Of a stretch of 64,000 nucleotides of DNA, positions 1 through 9,957 are shown one piece after another. The notes below the pieces were generated by a model that was not told the origin of the DNA, did no database searches, and saw only the letters and a program-made list of their open reading frames with translations. Source of the DNA: Rhodocyclales bacterium (GTDB taxonomy: Bacteria > Pseudomonadota > Gammaproteobacteria > Burkholderiales > Rhodocyclaceae). Each line of letters begins with the position of its first letter. Within the stretch, counting starts at the first letter, position 1. The stretch covers positions 149,817 to 213,816 of the forward strand of contig JAPLQY010000032.1 in NCBI GenBank assembly GCA_026399475.1. Reading direction: 5' to 3'. A program made the translations under genes and the position numbers.

Positions 1-1259
1 AGATCGCGCGCCAGCGAGTACAGCCGCGCATAGGTATGGCTTGTTGCATCGTTCGTATAGATGCCGCCATCCAGCGTCGAGTTGCTGTTGTCCTGCGGCG
101 CCAGTCCGAACAGGCGCTTGCGCTCGACGTCCGAGCGCAGGCGCACGAGGCTGCCCGCTGCCGCTCCTGTCGGGTTGAGCAGCCGCGCCGAACTGGCCGT
201 GGTCTTGCCCGAACCCGAAAGACCACAGGTGATTACGAGCGTCGGCGCTGGCGCCATGGCGATCTGCCACGCCAGTTGCAGATAGGTGCGCGCCAAATCG
301 AGTTCGCCGCGGGCCGCTTCGGCGTCTTCCTGGCGGGCGCGCAGGGCTGCGATCTTGGTCCTCACCACGGCGCGGTACACCGCGTAGAAACGCAGTACGC
401 TCAGCGCCTGGAAATCCCCGCCCACCTCCAGCCATGCGTTCAGCAGCCATGCGGCAAGCCCTGGCTGGCGGTGGTCGAGCAGGTCGATCCAGATAAAAGC
501 AATCTCGCTGGCCGGGTCGTTCCAGCGGAAATCCTCATTGAACTCGATGCAGTCGAAGGCCGTCACATGGCCGTCGATCAGCACCAGGTTGCCCAGGTGC
601 AGGTCGCCGTGACCTTCGCGCACATAACCGCCGGCTTTGCGCGCAGCGAAGTCGGCGGCGCGACGTGTGAATTCTGCGTCAGTCCAGCGCGCCAGCTGCT
701 CGACCAGCGGCTGTTCGGTTAGAGGAAGAAGCTGGCGCAGCTCCACAAAATTTTCCTGGGCTGCCGCCAGTATCTGATCCGGCGCGCCGAAGCGCGTGTC
801 GGGGGCAGCCACGGCTGCGGCCTGCTGGAAGGCGCAGAGCGTCGCGGCCAACTGGGAGAGATGCGCGGGTTGCAGCTCACCGCGCGCTGCGATCCGATCG
901 AGCCGGCCATTTTCGTCGAAGCGTCGCATGCGCACCGCCCACTCGATGGCCGGCATCACGCCGATCTGCGGCTGCTCGGGTGTGCCGCCGATCGGCACCA
1001 CGTCGAAATACAGCTCCGGGGCGAGGCGGCTGTTCAACACCAGCTCGGCGCGGCAGCAGGCCTCGCGCCTGGCCAGCGTGCCGTAGTCGAGGAAAGGCAG
1101 CGTGATCGCCTTCTTGATCTTGTAGGCGAATTCACCGGCCAGCAGCAGCCATGACGCATGCGTCTCGACCCAGACGACCGGCTCTGCCGGGTGCGGATAG
1201 CAGCGTGGATCGAGGAGGGCGGTGATCAGGGGCGGCAGTGCATCGGGCATGAGCGACAT
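1..1259 (-). CDS. Bifunctional aminoglycoside-phosphotransferase-like / AAA_33 P-loop protein (runs off window start)
   Basis: Manual translation of the minus strand from ATG 1259 (or 1250): VETHASW..YKIKK, REGHGDLHLGN..FDCIEFN, then GLSGSGKT and RSDVERKRL. Not in the ORF track because there is no stop in the window. Confidence 0.85.
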   Translation of the reverse strand, partial: MSLMPDALPPLITALLDPRCYPHPAEPVVWVETHASWLLLAGEFAYKIKKAITLPFLDYGTLARREACCRAELVLNSRLAPELYFDVVPIGGTPEQPQIGVMPAIEWAVRMRRFDENGRLDRIAARGELQPAHLSQLAATLCAFQQAAAVAAPDTRFGAPDQILAAAQENFVELRQLLPLTEQPLVEQLARWTDAEFTRRAADFAARKAGGYVREGHGDLHLGNLVLIDGHVTAFDCIEFNEDFRWNDPASEIAFIWIDLLDHRQPGLAAWLLNAWLEVGGDFQALSVLRFYAVYRAVVRTKIAALRARQEDAEAARGELDLARTYLQLAWQIAMAPAPTLVITCGLSGSGKTTASSARLLNPTGAAAGSLVRLRSDVERKRLFGLAPQDNSNSTLDGGIYTNDATSHTYARLYSLARD

Positions 1260-1319
1260 TATCACTCCGGCCGACTACTGATCTAGACTGCAAACCTTAA
1301 ACAGCGAGTGGAGCATCAA

Positions 1320-1688
1320 ATGATTGGCTACGTAACCCTTGGAACCAATGAGCTGCCGCGGGCAGCAGCCTTCTATGACTCACTGCTGGCCGAGATCGGC
1401 GCCAGGCGCTTGTGGGAATTCGGCCGCGGCATTGCCTGGGGCGTGGCGCAGGACAAGCCGAGTCTGGCGATCATGACGCCCTTCGACGGCAACGCGGCGA
1501 CCGTCGGCAACGGAGTCATGGTGGGCTTGATTGTCGACTCGCGTGCGACGGTTGACCGAGTTCATGGCAAGGCGCTCGAACTGGGGGCCAAGGATGAAGG
1601 GCCGGTCGGCCCGCGCGGGGAAGGCTTCTATGCCGGCTACTTCCGCGATCTTGATGGCAACAAACTGAACGTCTTCTGCTTTGGCTAG
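1320..1688 (+). CDS. VOC/glyoxalase family protein
   Basis: MIGYVTLGTNEL..AAFYD..GNGVMV..YFRDLDGNKL signature. Confidence 0.85.
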   Translation: MIGYVTLGTNELPRAAAFYDSLLAEIGARRLWEFGRGIAWGVAQDKPSLAIMTPFDGNAATVGNGVMVGLIVDSRATVDRVHGKALELGAKDEGPVGPRGEGFYAGYFRDLDGNKLNVFCFG

Positions 1689-1709
1689 GATTTCTGCCGG
1701 CTATCCCGC

Positions 1710-2621
1710 ATGACTCTGACCGAACTCCGCTACATCGTTGCCCTGACCCGGGAACGCCACTTCGGGCGCGCGGCGGACAAGTGCAACGTGTCCCAGCCGA
1801 CGCTTTCCGTCGCCGTGAAAAAGCTCGAAGACGAACTCGGCGTCGCATTGTTTGAACGCAGTTCGGGCGATGTCCGCGTCACGTCCATCGGAGCCCGAGT
1901 CGTGGCCCAGGCCGAACGTGCGCTGGCGGAAGCCGCGCGTGTGGCAGAGGTTGCAGCCGCCGGCAAGGATCCGCTGGCAGGCCCCTTGCGTCTGGGCGTG
2001 ATCTATACCATCGGTCCGTGGCTGCTGCCGGCGCTGGTGCCGCGAGTCAAGGCACGCGCGCCGCAGATGCCCCTGTTCATTGCCGAGGGTTACACCGAGA
2101 ACCTGCTGGAAAGGCTCAAGTCCTCGGAACTGGATGTGCTGGTGCTGGCGCTGCCGATCGAGGAAGCCGGTATCGTTGCCCAGCCGGTGTATGAAGAAGC
2201 CTTTCGTACGCTGGTTCCGGTGGGTCACCCATGGGCCAAATTCAAGTCGCTGCGGCCGGAGCAATTGCTCGATGAACCGCTGCTGATGCTGGGCGCCGGC
2301 AACTGCTTCCGCGATCAGGTGCTCGATCTATGCACCCGTGCCAGTCACGGCGAGTCACCCCAGGTGCTGGAAGGCAGCTCGCTGGAAACCATCCGCCACA
2401 TGGTCTCCTCCGGCGTGGGCGTGACCGTGATGCCCGCCAGCAGCGTCGATGGCATTCCCGCCGACGATCCGCTGCTGCGGGTGAAACCCTTCGTCGAGCC
2501 GACGCCGACGCGCCGCGTGGGTCTGGTCTGGCGCTCAAGCTTTCCGCGTCACAAGGCGATCGACGTGATGCGCCAGGCGCTGCTCGACTGTCATCTGCCC
2601 GGAACCCGCGTAGCCAAATGA
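1710..2621 (+). CDS. oxyR: LysR-type hydrogen peroxide sensor OxyR
   Basis: LysR HTH (HFGRAADKCNVSQPTLS) and the redox cysteine pair GNCFRDQVLDLC; adjacent to rubrerythrin. Confidence 0.9.
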   Translation: MTLTELRYIVALTRERHFGRAADKCNVSQPTLSVAVKKLEDELGVALFERSSGDVRVTSIGARVVAQAERALAEAARVAEVAAAGKDPLAGPLRLGVIYTIGPWLLPALVPRVKARAPQMPLFIAEGYTENLLERLKSSELDVLVLALPIEEAGIVAQPVYEEAFRTLVPVGHPWAKFKSLRPEQLLDEPLLMLGAGNCFRDQVLDLCTRASHGESPQVLEGSSLETIRHMVSSGVGVTVMPASSVDGIPADDPLLRVKPFVEPTPTRRVGLVWRSSFPRHKAIDVMRQALLDCHLPGTRVAK

Positions 2622-2625
2622 CCTG

Positions 2626-2662
2626 ATAGTCAGCCGCTATCGTTGCAGTCGGAAAATACAAT
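2626..2662 (+). promoter_or_regulatory. Putative OxyR binding site upstream of rubrerythrin 1
   Basis: ATAG-N7-CTAT-N7-GTCG-N7-CAAT versus consensus ATAG-N7-CTAT-N7-ATAG-N7-CTAT. Confidence 0.6.
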
Positions 2663-2778
2663 TAGAACTTGCTGGATTCCTCGGCTAAAGTTTGGGCAGG
2701 TCCACGAGCGATTCAGCTCAGTGACTTGGGGCCGTGCGAAGGCTCGGCGCCTCCAACCCAACGCAGAGGAGTACCACC

Positions 2779-3198
2779 ATGCAACTCAAGGGATCCAAAA
2801 CCGAAGGCAACCTGAAGGCCGCATTTGCCGGCGAGTCGCAGGCCAACCGTCGCTATCTGTATTTCGCGAACAAGGCCGACATCGAAGGCTTCAACGATGT
2901 TTCCGCCGTTTTCCGCTCCACCGCCGAAGGTGAAACCGGGCACGCTCATGGCCACCTCGAGTATCTCGAAGTCTGCGGCGATCCGGCGACAGGCCTGCCC
3001 ATCGGCGCTACCGCCGATAACCTGAAGGCCTCGATAGCCGGCGAGACGCACGAGTACACCGACATGTACCCGGGCATGGCCAAGACCGCGCGCGACGAAG
3101 GCTTCGACGAAATCGCCGACTGGTTCGAGACGCTGGGGAAGGCCGAGCGTTCCCACGCCAACAAGTTCCAGCGCACGCTGGACAGCCTGAACGGCTGA
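2779..3198 (+). CDS. rbr: Rubrerythrin, short type without rubredoxin domain
   Basis: [34 protein letters not shown] di-iron motifs; GAGGAG RBS. Confidence 0.92.
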   Translation: MQLKGSKTEGNLKAAFAGESQANRRYLYFANKADIEGFNDVSAVFRSTAEGETGHAHGHLEYLEVCGDPATGLPIGATADNLKASIAGETHEYTDMYPGMAKTARDEGFDEIADWFETLGKAERSHANKFQRTLDSLNG

Positions 3199-3205
3199 TT
3201 TTTAC

Positions 3206-3245
3206 CCGGCAGACGGCGCGCTGCAGCCCGGCGCGCCGTTGCCGG
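3206..3245 (+). other. Intergenic stem-loop between rubrerythrin and the Fe-S gene
   Basis: CCGGCAGACGGCGCGC / GCGCGCCGTTGCCGG imperfect inverted repeat. Confidence 0.45.
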
Positions 3246-3279
3246 CACCGACTTTTGAAACAGCAGGAACGGACATCCC

Positions 3280-4614
3280 ATGCGCGAAGGTAATCTCCAG
3301 GCTCCGACCCGTCATCCGATCGACTGGAAGAATCCCGATTTCTACAACGAAGCCTCGTGCGAGAAGGAACTCGAACGCATCTTCGACATCTGCCACGGCT
3401 GCCGCCGCTGCGTTTCCTTGTGCAATGCCTTCCCGCTGCTGTTCGACTATATCGACGAGGCCGGTGACGCCGAAACCGCTGGCGTGCCCAAGGAAAAATT
3501 CTGGAAAGTCGTCGACCAGTGCTACCTGTGCGACGTCTGCTACATGACCAAGTGCCCCTACGTGCCGCCGCACGAGTGGAACCTGGATTTTCCGCACACC
3601 ATGCTGCGCGCCAAGGCGATCCAGTACAAGACCGGCAAGATGAAGTTCCGCGACAAGCTGCTGACTTCGACCGAACTGGTCGGCACCCTGTCCTCGATAC
3701 CGGTGGTGGTGCATTTCGTCAATGCCGCAACGAAGAACGGCCCCGCACGCAGCGTGCTGCAAAAAGTGCTCGGCGTGCATTCGGCCCGCGAACTGCCGGA
3801 TTTCGACAGCGCCAACTTCCGCGCCAATGCGACCACCAGCCACAACCATCCGGTACGTGACGGCGCCAAGTCGCCGGGCAAGGTGGCGGTGTTCTCGACC
3901 TGCTACGTCAATTACAACGAACCCGGCCTCGGCCACGACCTGCTCAAACTGCTCGACCACAACGAGGTTCCCTATGTCGTGGTGCAGGGCGAAACCTGCT
4001 GCGGCATGCCCAAGCTGGAGCTGGGCGACCTGCAGACCGTCGAGAAATACAAGGAACGCAACATCCCGCTGATGCATGAACTGGCGCAGGCCGGCTATGC
4101 CATCGTCACGCCGGTGCCGTCGTGCACCCTGATGTTCAAGAGCGAGATCCCGCTGCTGTTCCCTGAAGATGCCCGCTGCAAAGAAGTATCGGAGGCGATG
4201 TACGACCCCTTCGAATACTTCGTGCTGCGCAACAAGGACGGCCTGCTCAAGACCGACTTCAAGGTGGAGCTGGGCAAGGTGTCTTACCACATCCCGTGCC
4301 ATTCGCGTGTGCAGAACGTCGGCAAGAAGACCGAAGAAATGCTCAAGATGACGGGGGCCACGGTGAACACCGTCGAGCGCTGCGCCGGCCACGACGGCAC
4401 CTGGGGCGTCAAGGAAGAGTATTACGCGCTGTCGATGAAAATCGGCAAGCCGGTGTTCAAGGCCATGGCGAAAGACGAGCCGGACTATGTCAGTTCCGAC
4501 TGCGCCATCGCCGGCCGCCACATCCTGCAAGGCATGAACGAGGCGGGTGCCGCCGGTCGCAAAGAGAAACAGCATCCGCTCACGCTACTCAGAATTGCTT
4601 ACGGACTCGAATGA
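3280..4614 (+). CDS. Rubrerythrin-associated Fe-S oxidoreductase (GlpC/HdrD-like)
   Basis: [11 protein letters not shown] and [13 protein letters not shown] ferredoxin motifs, CCG domains (TCCGMP, RCAGH). Confidence 0.85.
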   Translation: MREGNLQAPTRHPIDWKNPDFYNEASCEKELERIFDICHGCRRCVSLCNAFPLLFDYIDEAGDAETAGVPKEKFWKVVDQCYLCDVCYMTKCPYVPPHEWNLDFPHTMLRAKAIQYKTGKMKFRDKLLTSTELVGTLSSIPVVVHFVNAATKNGPARSVLQKVLGVHSARELPDFDSANFRANATTSHNHPVRDGAKSPGKVAVFSTCYVNYNEPGLGHDLLKLLDHNEVPYVVVQGETCCGMPKLELGDLQTVEKYKERNIPLMHELAQAGYAIVTPVPSCTLMFKSEIPLLFPEDARCKEVSEAMYDPFEYFVLRNKDGLLKTDFKVELGKVSYHIPCHSRVQNVGKKTEEMLKMTGATVNTVERCAGHDGTWGVKEEYYALSMKIGKPVFKAMAKDEPDYVSSDCAIAGRHILQGMNEAGAAGRKEKQHPLTLLRIAYGLE

Positions 4615-5208
4615 ATGGAAACTGCAATGACGATCACCCGTGACTCCCTGATGACCCTCGAAGCCTATGCCAGGGCGCGTCCCACCATGCGCGCCGAGGT
4701 CATGGAACAGAAAAAGCTGCGCCGCGTCAAACTCAGCGAAAACATCCTGCTGATCTTCGAGAACGAACTGCTGATCCGCTACCAGATCCAGGAAATGCTG
4801 CGCGTCGAAAAGATCTTCGAGGAAGACGGCATCCGTCATGAGCTGGATTCCTATGTGCCGCTGGTGCCGGATGGCAGCAACTTCAAGGTCACGATGCAGA
4901 TCGAGTACGCCGAGGAGAACCAGCGGCGCGAGATGCTGGCGAAGCTCAAGGGCGTCGAGGATCGCGTCTGGGTCCGCGTCGCCGGCTTCGATCCGGTCTT
5001 CGCGATCGCCGACGAAGACCTCGAGCGCGAAAATGCAGAAAAGACCTCGGCCGTGCATTTCCTGCGCTTCGAGTTGTCGGCGGGCATGATCGCCGCCGCG
5101 AAGACCGGCGCCGCGATCTCAGCCGGCGTCGATCACCCGGCCTACACGGTCAACACCGGCGCCCTGCCGGACGCGGTCAGGGCGTCGCTGGCTTCCGACT
5201 TGCGCTGA
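4615..5208 (+). CDS. DUF3501 family protein
   Basis: YQIQEMLRVE, KTSAVHFLRFEL, GVDHPAY; typical third gene of rbr-FeS-DUF3501 (start may be 4627). Confidence 0.85.
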   Translation: METAMTITRDSLMTLEAYARARPTMRAEVMEQKKLRRVKLSENILLIFENELLIRYQIQEMLRVEKIFEEDGIRHELDSYVPLVPDGSNFKVTMQIEYAEENQRREMLAKLKGVEDRVWVRVAGFDPVFAIADEDLERENAEKTSAVHFLRFELSAGMIAAAKTGAAISAGVDHPAYTVNTGALPDAVRASLASDLR

Positions 5209-5362
5209 TCCTCAAGAGTCGGCGCTGGCGATACGGCGCCCCGTCCTCCCTGGTGCGATGCGATGCTTGTTTCCGTCCGACACCACGGATGTTCTCGCGC
5301 ATCGAGCTGATATTGGTAGCCGCCGTGCCGCCGGAATAGCTGCAGGCGGAAGTCGCCGCCGC

Positions 5363-5391
5363 TTGACTATACGGACAATCATACATATATT
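5363..5391 (+). promoter_or_regulatory. sigma70 promoter of brnTA, probably leaderless
   Basis: TTGACT-17 bp-TATATT, ending 6 nt before ATG 5398. Confidence 0.6.
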
Positions 5392-5397
5392 GTCTTC

Positions 5398-5670
5398 ATG
5401 CGCTATTCCCACGATCCAAAGAAGCGGACAGCCAATCTGAAGAAGCACGGCTACGATTTCAAGGACGCGCCGCAGGTGATCGAAAATCTGGTCAGCCTAA
5501 CCTTCGAGGACTTCCGATTCGCCTACGAGGAACAGCGCTTCATTACCCTGGGCTTGCTGCGCGGACAGGTCGTGGTGATCGCCACCGCGGAAACCGACGA
5601 GGAAATCCGGGTGATTTCGATGCGAAAGGCAGAACGCAATGAAGAAAAAATCTACTACGCCAACGTTTGA
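5398..5670 (+). CDS. brnT: BrnT family toxin
   Basis: DPKKRTANLKKHGYDF..EQRFITLG..IRVISMRKA. Confidence 0.9.
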   Translation: MRYSHDPKKRTANLKKHGYDFKDAPQVIENLVSLTFEDFRFAYEEQRFITLGLLRGQVVVIATAETDEEIRVISMRKAERNEEKIYYANV

Positions 5671-5938
5671 TGAGGATGCGCCGATTTCCCAGGCCGACAT
5701 CGATACCGGCAGGCTGGTGCTGCGCAAGCGCGTCGCCGGCCGCGCGGTTCCTCCGAAAAAGCGCGTGACGCTCTACCTCGACGCCGCTCTGGTCGAACAT
5801 TTCAAGGACATGGCCGGCGACCGTGGCTACCAGACGCTGATCAACGAAACGCTGAAGTCCTCGTTGCGGAACACAGATATCGCCGAGACGCTGCGGCAAG
5901 TGATTCGCGAGGAATTTAAGAGCCGCAAAGCGGCTTGA
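5639..5938 (+). CDS. brnA: BrnA family antitoxin
   Basis: KKRVTLYLD..FK..GYQTLINETL RHH motif; overlaps the toxin gene. Confidence 0.88.
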   Translation: MKKKSTTPTFDEDAPISQADIDTGRLVLRKRVAGRAVPPKKRVTLYLDAALVEHFKDMAGDRGYQTLINETLKSSLRNTDIAETLRQVIREEFKSRKAA

Positions 5939-5972
5939 TTGCGTTGAAGCCGATTGAACAAGGCTCTAAAAG

Positions 5973-5992
5973 GGGGACAGACCACGTTTTCC
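5973..5992 (+). repeat. RAYT-associated 20-bp motif, copy 1
   Basis: GGGGACAGACCACGTTTTCC. Confidence 0.8.
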
Positions 5993-6032
5993 AGCACACT
6001 TGCTGCTTTCGAGTGCGTGGCCTACCTCTGCT

Positions 6033-6240
6033 CCCCGCAGCGCCGTATCCCCGGCCCCCGGCGAACGGCAAGCCCCGTCAGCCCAGGTTCGTCGGCCTGC
6101 GGCTCCCATTGCTGCGGGGCCGCGCCAGGCCGCTGGCTAAACTAGCCGATGCCGATAAGGCCGGCTCGGCGTCGGACAACGGCAGCGGACATCCCCTGTC
6201 ACGGCGCCTCGCGGCGGCGGCTCTCAAGGGCTGCCGTGAC
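6033..6240. repeat. Multi-hairpin structured element
   Basis: Stems 6033-6041/6111-6119, 6058-6066/6087-6095, 6130-6135/6183-6188, 6146-6155/6166-6175, 6198-6205/6233-6240. Confidence 0.5.
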
Positions 6241-6397
6241 TCGCCGTCCGCCTGATCATCTCACTATAGCCAGGCCTCGATACTGTGCACCGTCCCAATA
6301 AATAGTTGTCCGCAGCTTGCGCAGGCGACGCCGCCGCTACAGCAACCGCCGCGCCGACCAAAAGACTAGCGTCTGGTCGTATATCAGGTATCCACAT
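6224..6397 (-). pseudogene. Probable 5' fragment of a secreted-protein gene
   Basis: GAGGAG RBS, MWIPDIRPDASLLVGAAVAVAAASPAQAADNYLLGRC signal-peptide-like start; ORF ends inside the structured element. Confidence 0.3.
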
Positions 6398-6432
6398 GGC
6401 GCTCGTCTCCTCAGGTAATTGCTTCAATAATA

Positions 6433-6452
6433 GGGGACAGACCACGTTTCCC
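6433..6452 (+). repeat. RAYT-associated 20-bp motif, copy 2
   Basis: GGGGACAGACCACGTTTCCC. Confidence 0.8.
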
Positions 6453-6649
6453 CGCTTGTTGAGCACTGGCCGCGCTCGTCGCCAGCATCAAAGCCAGCCC
6501 CGCTTTGTGCCACCAAGGATTTGCCCTATTCATTCGTCGTTCTCCGTACCGTTTCGCCAGCCGCAATCGGCGGAATTCCATTCGCATGGGGAACCCTACC
6601 GGGCTTCGGCTTGGCCGTCAATGAGGCCGCTGATTGCTTGCTTTCGAAG

Positions 6650-7375
6650 TCAGGCCGGGTCGAACAGGTCACCGGAGTCGGGCTCGACCATTGTCCTTGG
6701 CCGCCCCGGCGCGGCGCGGCTCGCGCGTCGTCCCAGCGCTGCGGTGACCTGGTCGCGAAACGCCGGACTGCCGAGGGCGAAGTTGCCATTGGTTGCACTG
6801 CGAATTTCGTCGATCAGCCCAAGCTCCAACTCGTGACGGAACAGTTCGCGGTAGGCGGCGCGGCGCTCGTGGTCATTGCACCCGAGGGCAACGTAAAGCG
6901 GATGCGGTGTCAGCGGTACGCGACCGGCCTCCCCACGGGCGTTGGCCCGGTAGCTGGACCATGGGTATTCGGCGGGATGCTCGACCATGGCGGCGCGCAC
7001 CGGGTTGAGTTCGATGTAGCGATGGCAGCCGAGGACGTAGGCCTCCTCGGCGGCGATGCAGGAGCGGAAACGACCTTCCCAGAGCGTGCCGGATCGGCGG
7101 TAAGTGCGATTCACATACTGGACATAGCGCTGCCCCAGGGCCTTCATCAACCGCCCTGCATTGTCGGGGGCGTCAGGCGTAAGCAGCAGATGGACATGGT
7201 TGCTCATCAACACCCAGGCATGCAGGCGGCAACCGCAACGCGGGGCGAGATCGGCCAGCCAGTCGAGATAGTAGCGGCAGTCATCCGCGGCGAAGAAGCA
7301 GGCTTGCCGGTTATTGCCGCGCTGAATCAGGTGCAGGGGCACTTCGGGCAGGGCGATGCGGGCGCGGCGGGGCAT
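6650..7375 (-). mobile_element. REP-associated tyrosine transposase (RAYT, IS200/IS605-related Y1 HUH)
   Basis: MPRRAR..HLIQRGNNRQ, HUH motif MSNHVHLL, LWEGRF, RYIELNPVRA, YPWSSY. Confidence 0.9.
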
Positions 7376-7414
7376 GGAGCGGGTGTTGGGAGAGGAAGTC
7401 CTCAAAGGGTATCA

Positions 7415-7434
7415 GGAAAATGTGGTCTGTCCCC
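7415..7434 (-). repeat. RAYT-associated 20-bp motif, copy 3 (inverted)
   Basis: Reverse complement is GGGGACAGACCACATTTTCC. Confidence 0.8.
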
Positions 7435-7483
7435 GATTTTCCGGAAGCCGTGCGCGCCTCGCTGGCAGCCGATTTAGCCTGAG

Positions 7484-7497
7484 TTGACGCGGATCAA
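7484..7497 (+). promoter_or_regulatory. FNR/ANR box upstream of ubiUVT
   Basis: TTGAC-GCGG-ATCAA versus TTGAT-N4-ATCAA; ubiTUV is FNR-controlled in other proteobacteria. Confidence 0.75.
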
Positions 7498-7555
7498 CTG
7501 ATTTCGGCGAGGGCTCAACTACACTGCCCGCCTGTTCAAATGGGGGCGGTACGCA

Positions 7556-8560
7556 GTGGCAAAACCTCAACTCGTGTGTCCGGCCGGTAGCCTGGCGGCG
7601 CTGAAGGCAGCCGTCGATAACGGCGCCGACGACGTCTATCTCGGCTTTCGCAACGACACCAACGCGCGCAACTTCGCCGGGCTCAATTTCGACGACAAGA
7701 GCCTGGCCGAAGGCATCCGCTACGCCCATCAACGCGGCCGCAAGGTGTTGGCGGCGATCAACACCTACGCCCAGGCCGGGCGCTTTGCCGACTGGACGCG
7801 CTCGGTCGATACGGCCGCCAAACTGGGCATAGACGCGGTCATCATCGCCGATCCGGGCGTGCTCGACTACGCCGCCCAGACCTACCCGGACATGCGTCGC
7901 CATCTTTCCGTGCAGGCTTCGGCCACCAGTTACGAAGCCGTCAATTTCTGCCGCGAGAAATTCGGCATCCAGCGTGCGGTGCTGCCGCGCGTGCTGACCC
8001 TGGCACAGGTCGAGAACGTGATCAGCAACACCGAGGTGGAGATCGAGGTCTTCGGCTTCGGCAGTCTGTGCGTCATGAACGAAGGCCGCTGCTGGCTGTC
8101 CTCCTACGCCACGGGCGAGTCGCCCAACACGGTCGGCGCCTGCTCGCCGGCCAAATTCGTGCAATGGGAAAAGAAGCCGAACGAAATGGACGTACGCTTG
8201 AACGGCATCCTCATCGACCGCTACGGCAACGACGAGAACGCCGGCTACCCGACCATCTGCAAGGGCCGCTTCGAAGTCGCCGGCGAGACCTACTACGCGA
8301 TGGAAGAACCGGCCAGCCTCAACGTCCTTGCCATGCTGCCGGAGATCATCAAGATCGGCGTCGCCGCAATCAAGGTGGAGGGCCGCCAGCGCAGCCCGAC
8401 CTATGTCGCGCAAGTCACGCGCAACCTGCGTCAGGCGCTTGACGCGGCCGTTGCCGCACCGGACAAGTTTGCCGTGAAGCCGGTCTGGGCGGCGGAACTG
8501 GGCAAGGTCTCGGAAGGCTCGCAGATCACTCTCGGCGCCTACAACAGGCCGTGGCGCTAA
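7556..8560 (+). CDS. ubiU: O2-independent ubiquinone hydroxylase subunit UbiU (U32 family)
   Basis: [47 protein letters not shown]. Confidence 0.92.
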   Translation: MAKPQLVCPAGSLAALKAAVDNGADDVYLGFRNDTNARNFAGLNFDDKSLAEGIRYAHQRGRKVLAAINTYAQAGRFADWTRSVDTAAKLGIDAVIIADPGVLDYAAQTYPDMRRHLSVQASATSYEAVNFCREKFGIQRAVLPRVLTLAQVENVISNTEVEIEVFGFGSLCVMNEGRCWLSSYATGESPNTVGACSPAKFVQWEKKPNEMDVRLNGILIDRYGNDENAGYPTICKGRFEVAGETYYAMEEPASLNVLAMLPEIIKIGVAAIKVEGRQRSPTYVAQVTRNLRQALDAAVAAPDKFAVKPVWAAELGKVSEGSQITLGAYNRPWR

Positions 8561-8565
8561 AGAAC

Positions 8566-9459
8566 ATGCAGATCACGCTGGGACCGCTGCTGTACTACTG
8601 GCCGAAAGCCGAAGTCATGGAGTTCTACGCCCAGGCCGCGCAGCATCCGGGCATCGACCGCATCTATCTCGGTGAAGCCGTCTGTTCGCGCCGCCAGCAA
8701 TTGCGCACGGCCGACTGGATCGGGCTGGCGAAGGATTTGCGCGATGCCGGCAAGGAAGTCGTGCTCACGGCACAGGCCCTGCTCGAATCCGAAAGCGACC
8801 TCAAGGCCCTGCGCCGCCTCATCGCCGATGCCGGTGGCATGATCGAGGCCAACGACCTCGGCGCGGTCAAGGTGGCCTGCGACCAGGGTCTGGGCTTCGT
8901 CGCCGGGCCGCACCTCAACATCTACAATGAACAGACCCTGGCTTTTTTCGCGGCGCAGGGCGCCAGGCGCTGGTTGCCGCCACTGGAGGTTTCCGGCAGC
9001 GTGATCGAAGCCTTGCACCGGACACGTCCGGACGGCATGGAAACCGAGGTGTTCGCCTTCGGCAAGCTGCCGCTGGCGTTTTCTGCACGCTGCTTCACTG
9101 CGCGCCACTATGGCCTGAACAAGGACGATTGCCAGTTCAAGTGCCTCGACCATCCCGAGGGCATGTTGGTCAATACGCGCGAAGCGCAGGCCTTTCTGAC
9201 CCTGAACGGCATCCAGACCATGTCGGCGCAGACCTACAGCCTGCTGGCGCAGATGCCGGAGCTGCTGGCAGAGGACATCGACGCGGTAAGGATCAGCCCG
9301 CAACCGGCGCACACGTTTGAGGTTGTTGAAGCCTTCGATCGGGCGCGTCGCGGCCAAGCGGCACTGGATGACCCGACTTGGGCGTCGTCGGGTCTAGTCA
9401 ATGGCTTCTGGTTTGGTCGTGCCGGCACCGTGCGCCAAGCCGCCTTGGAGGAGTGCTGA
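8566..9459 (+). CDS. ubiV: UbiV (U32 family)
   Basis: [44 protein letters not shown]. Confidence 0.92.
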   Translation: MQITLGPLLYYWPKAEVMEFYAQAAQHPGIDRIYLGEAVCSRRQQLRTADWIGLAKDLRDAGKEVVLTAQALLESESDLKALRRLIADAGGMIEANDLGAVKVACDQGLGFVAGPHLNIYNEQTLAFFAAQGARRWLPPLEVSGSVIEALHRTRPDGMETEVFAFGKLPLAFSARCFTARHYGLNKDDCQFKCLDHPEGMLVNTREAQAFLTLNGIQTMSAQTYSLLAQMPELLAEDIDAVRISPQPAHTFEVVEAFDRARRGQAALDDPTWASSGLVNGFWFGRAGTVRQAALEEC

Positions 9460-9932
9460 TGGCAAATCCCTTGAACATCCCTGCGATTCCCGCCTTTACC
9501 CTGCCGCCGCTGGTTGCCCGGCTGGGCGCGTGGCTGCCGCAATGGCCGCACTCGGTGAACCTGGTGCTGGCGCTGAATGCGGCACGCAAGCTGGGCGTGT
9601 TGCCCGAAGACACCTTGCAGGAACTCGAGGGCCGTTTCTTTCGCGTGACTGTGCTGGATACCGGCATGGTGGCGGACTTCGCCTACAGCGCCGCAGCGTT
9701 CCGGCCGGTTTTTATATCGCCCGGCAAGCCCGACCTGCACTTCACGGCGCGCCTGTCGGCCTTCTTGCAGATGGTCAGCCGGCAAGAAGACCCGGATACG
9801 CTGTTCTTCAATCGCAGTCTTTCGATCGAAGGTGACACCGAACTCGGCCTGCGAGTCAAGAACATGCTCGATGCCCTGGAATGGCCGCGCCTGTCTTGGC
9901 AAGGCGTGCGCCCGACGTTCCTGAAATCCTGA
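9459..9932 (+). CDS. ubiT: SCP2-domain lipid carrier UbiT
   Basis: RQEDPDTLFFNRSLSIEGDTELGLRVKNMLD. Confidence 0.9.
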   Translation: MANPLNIPAIPAFTLPPLVARLGAWLPQWPHSVNLVLALNAARKLGVLPEDTLQELEGRFFRVTVLDTGMVADFAYSAAAFRPVFISPGKPDLHFTARLSAFLQMVSRQEDPDTLFFNRSLSIEGDTELGLRVKNMLDALEWPRLSWQGVRPTFLKS

Positions 9933-9957
9933 GCGCATTTGCAGCGGACGCGCGCCA

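Noticed and set aside
5973-7434. CRISPR array or integron
   Set aside because: Only three irregularly spaced motif copies in mixed orientation; no cas or intI gene and no attC pattern recognised.
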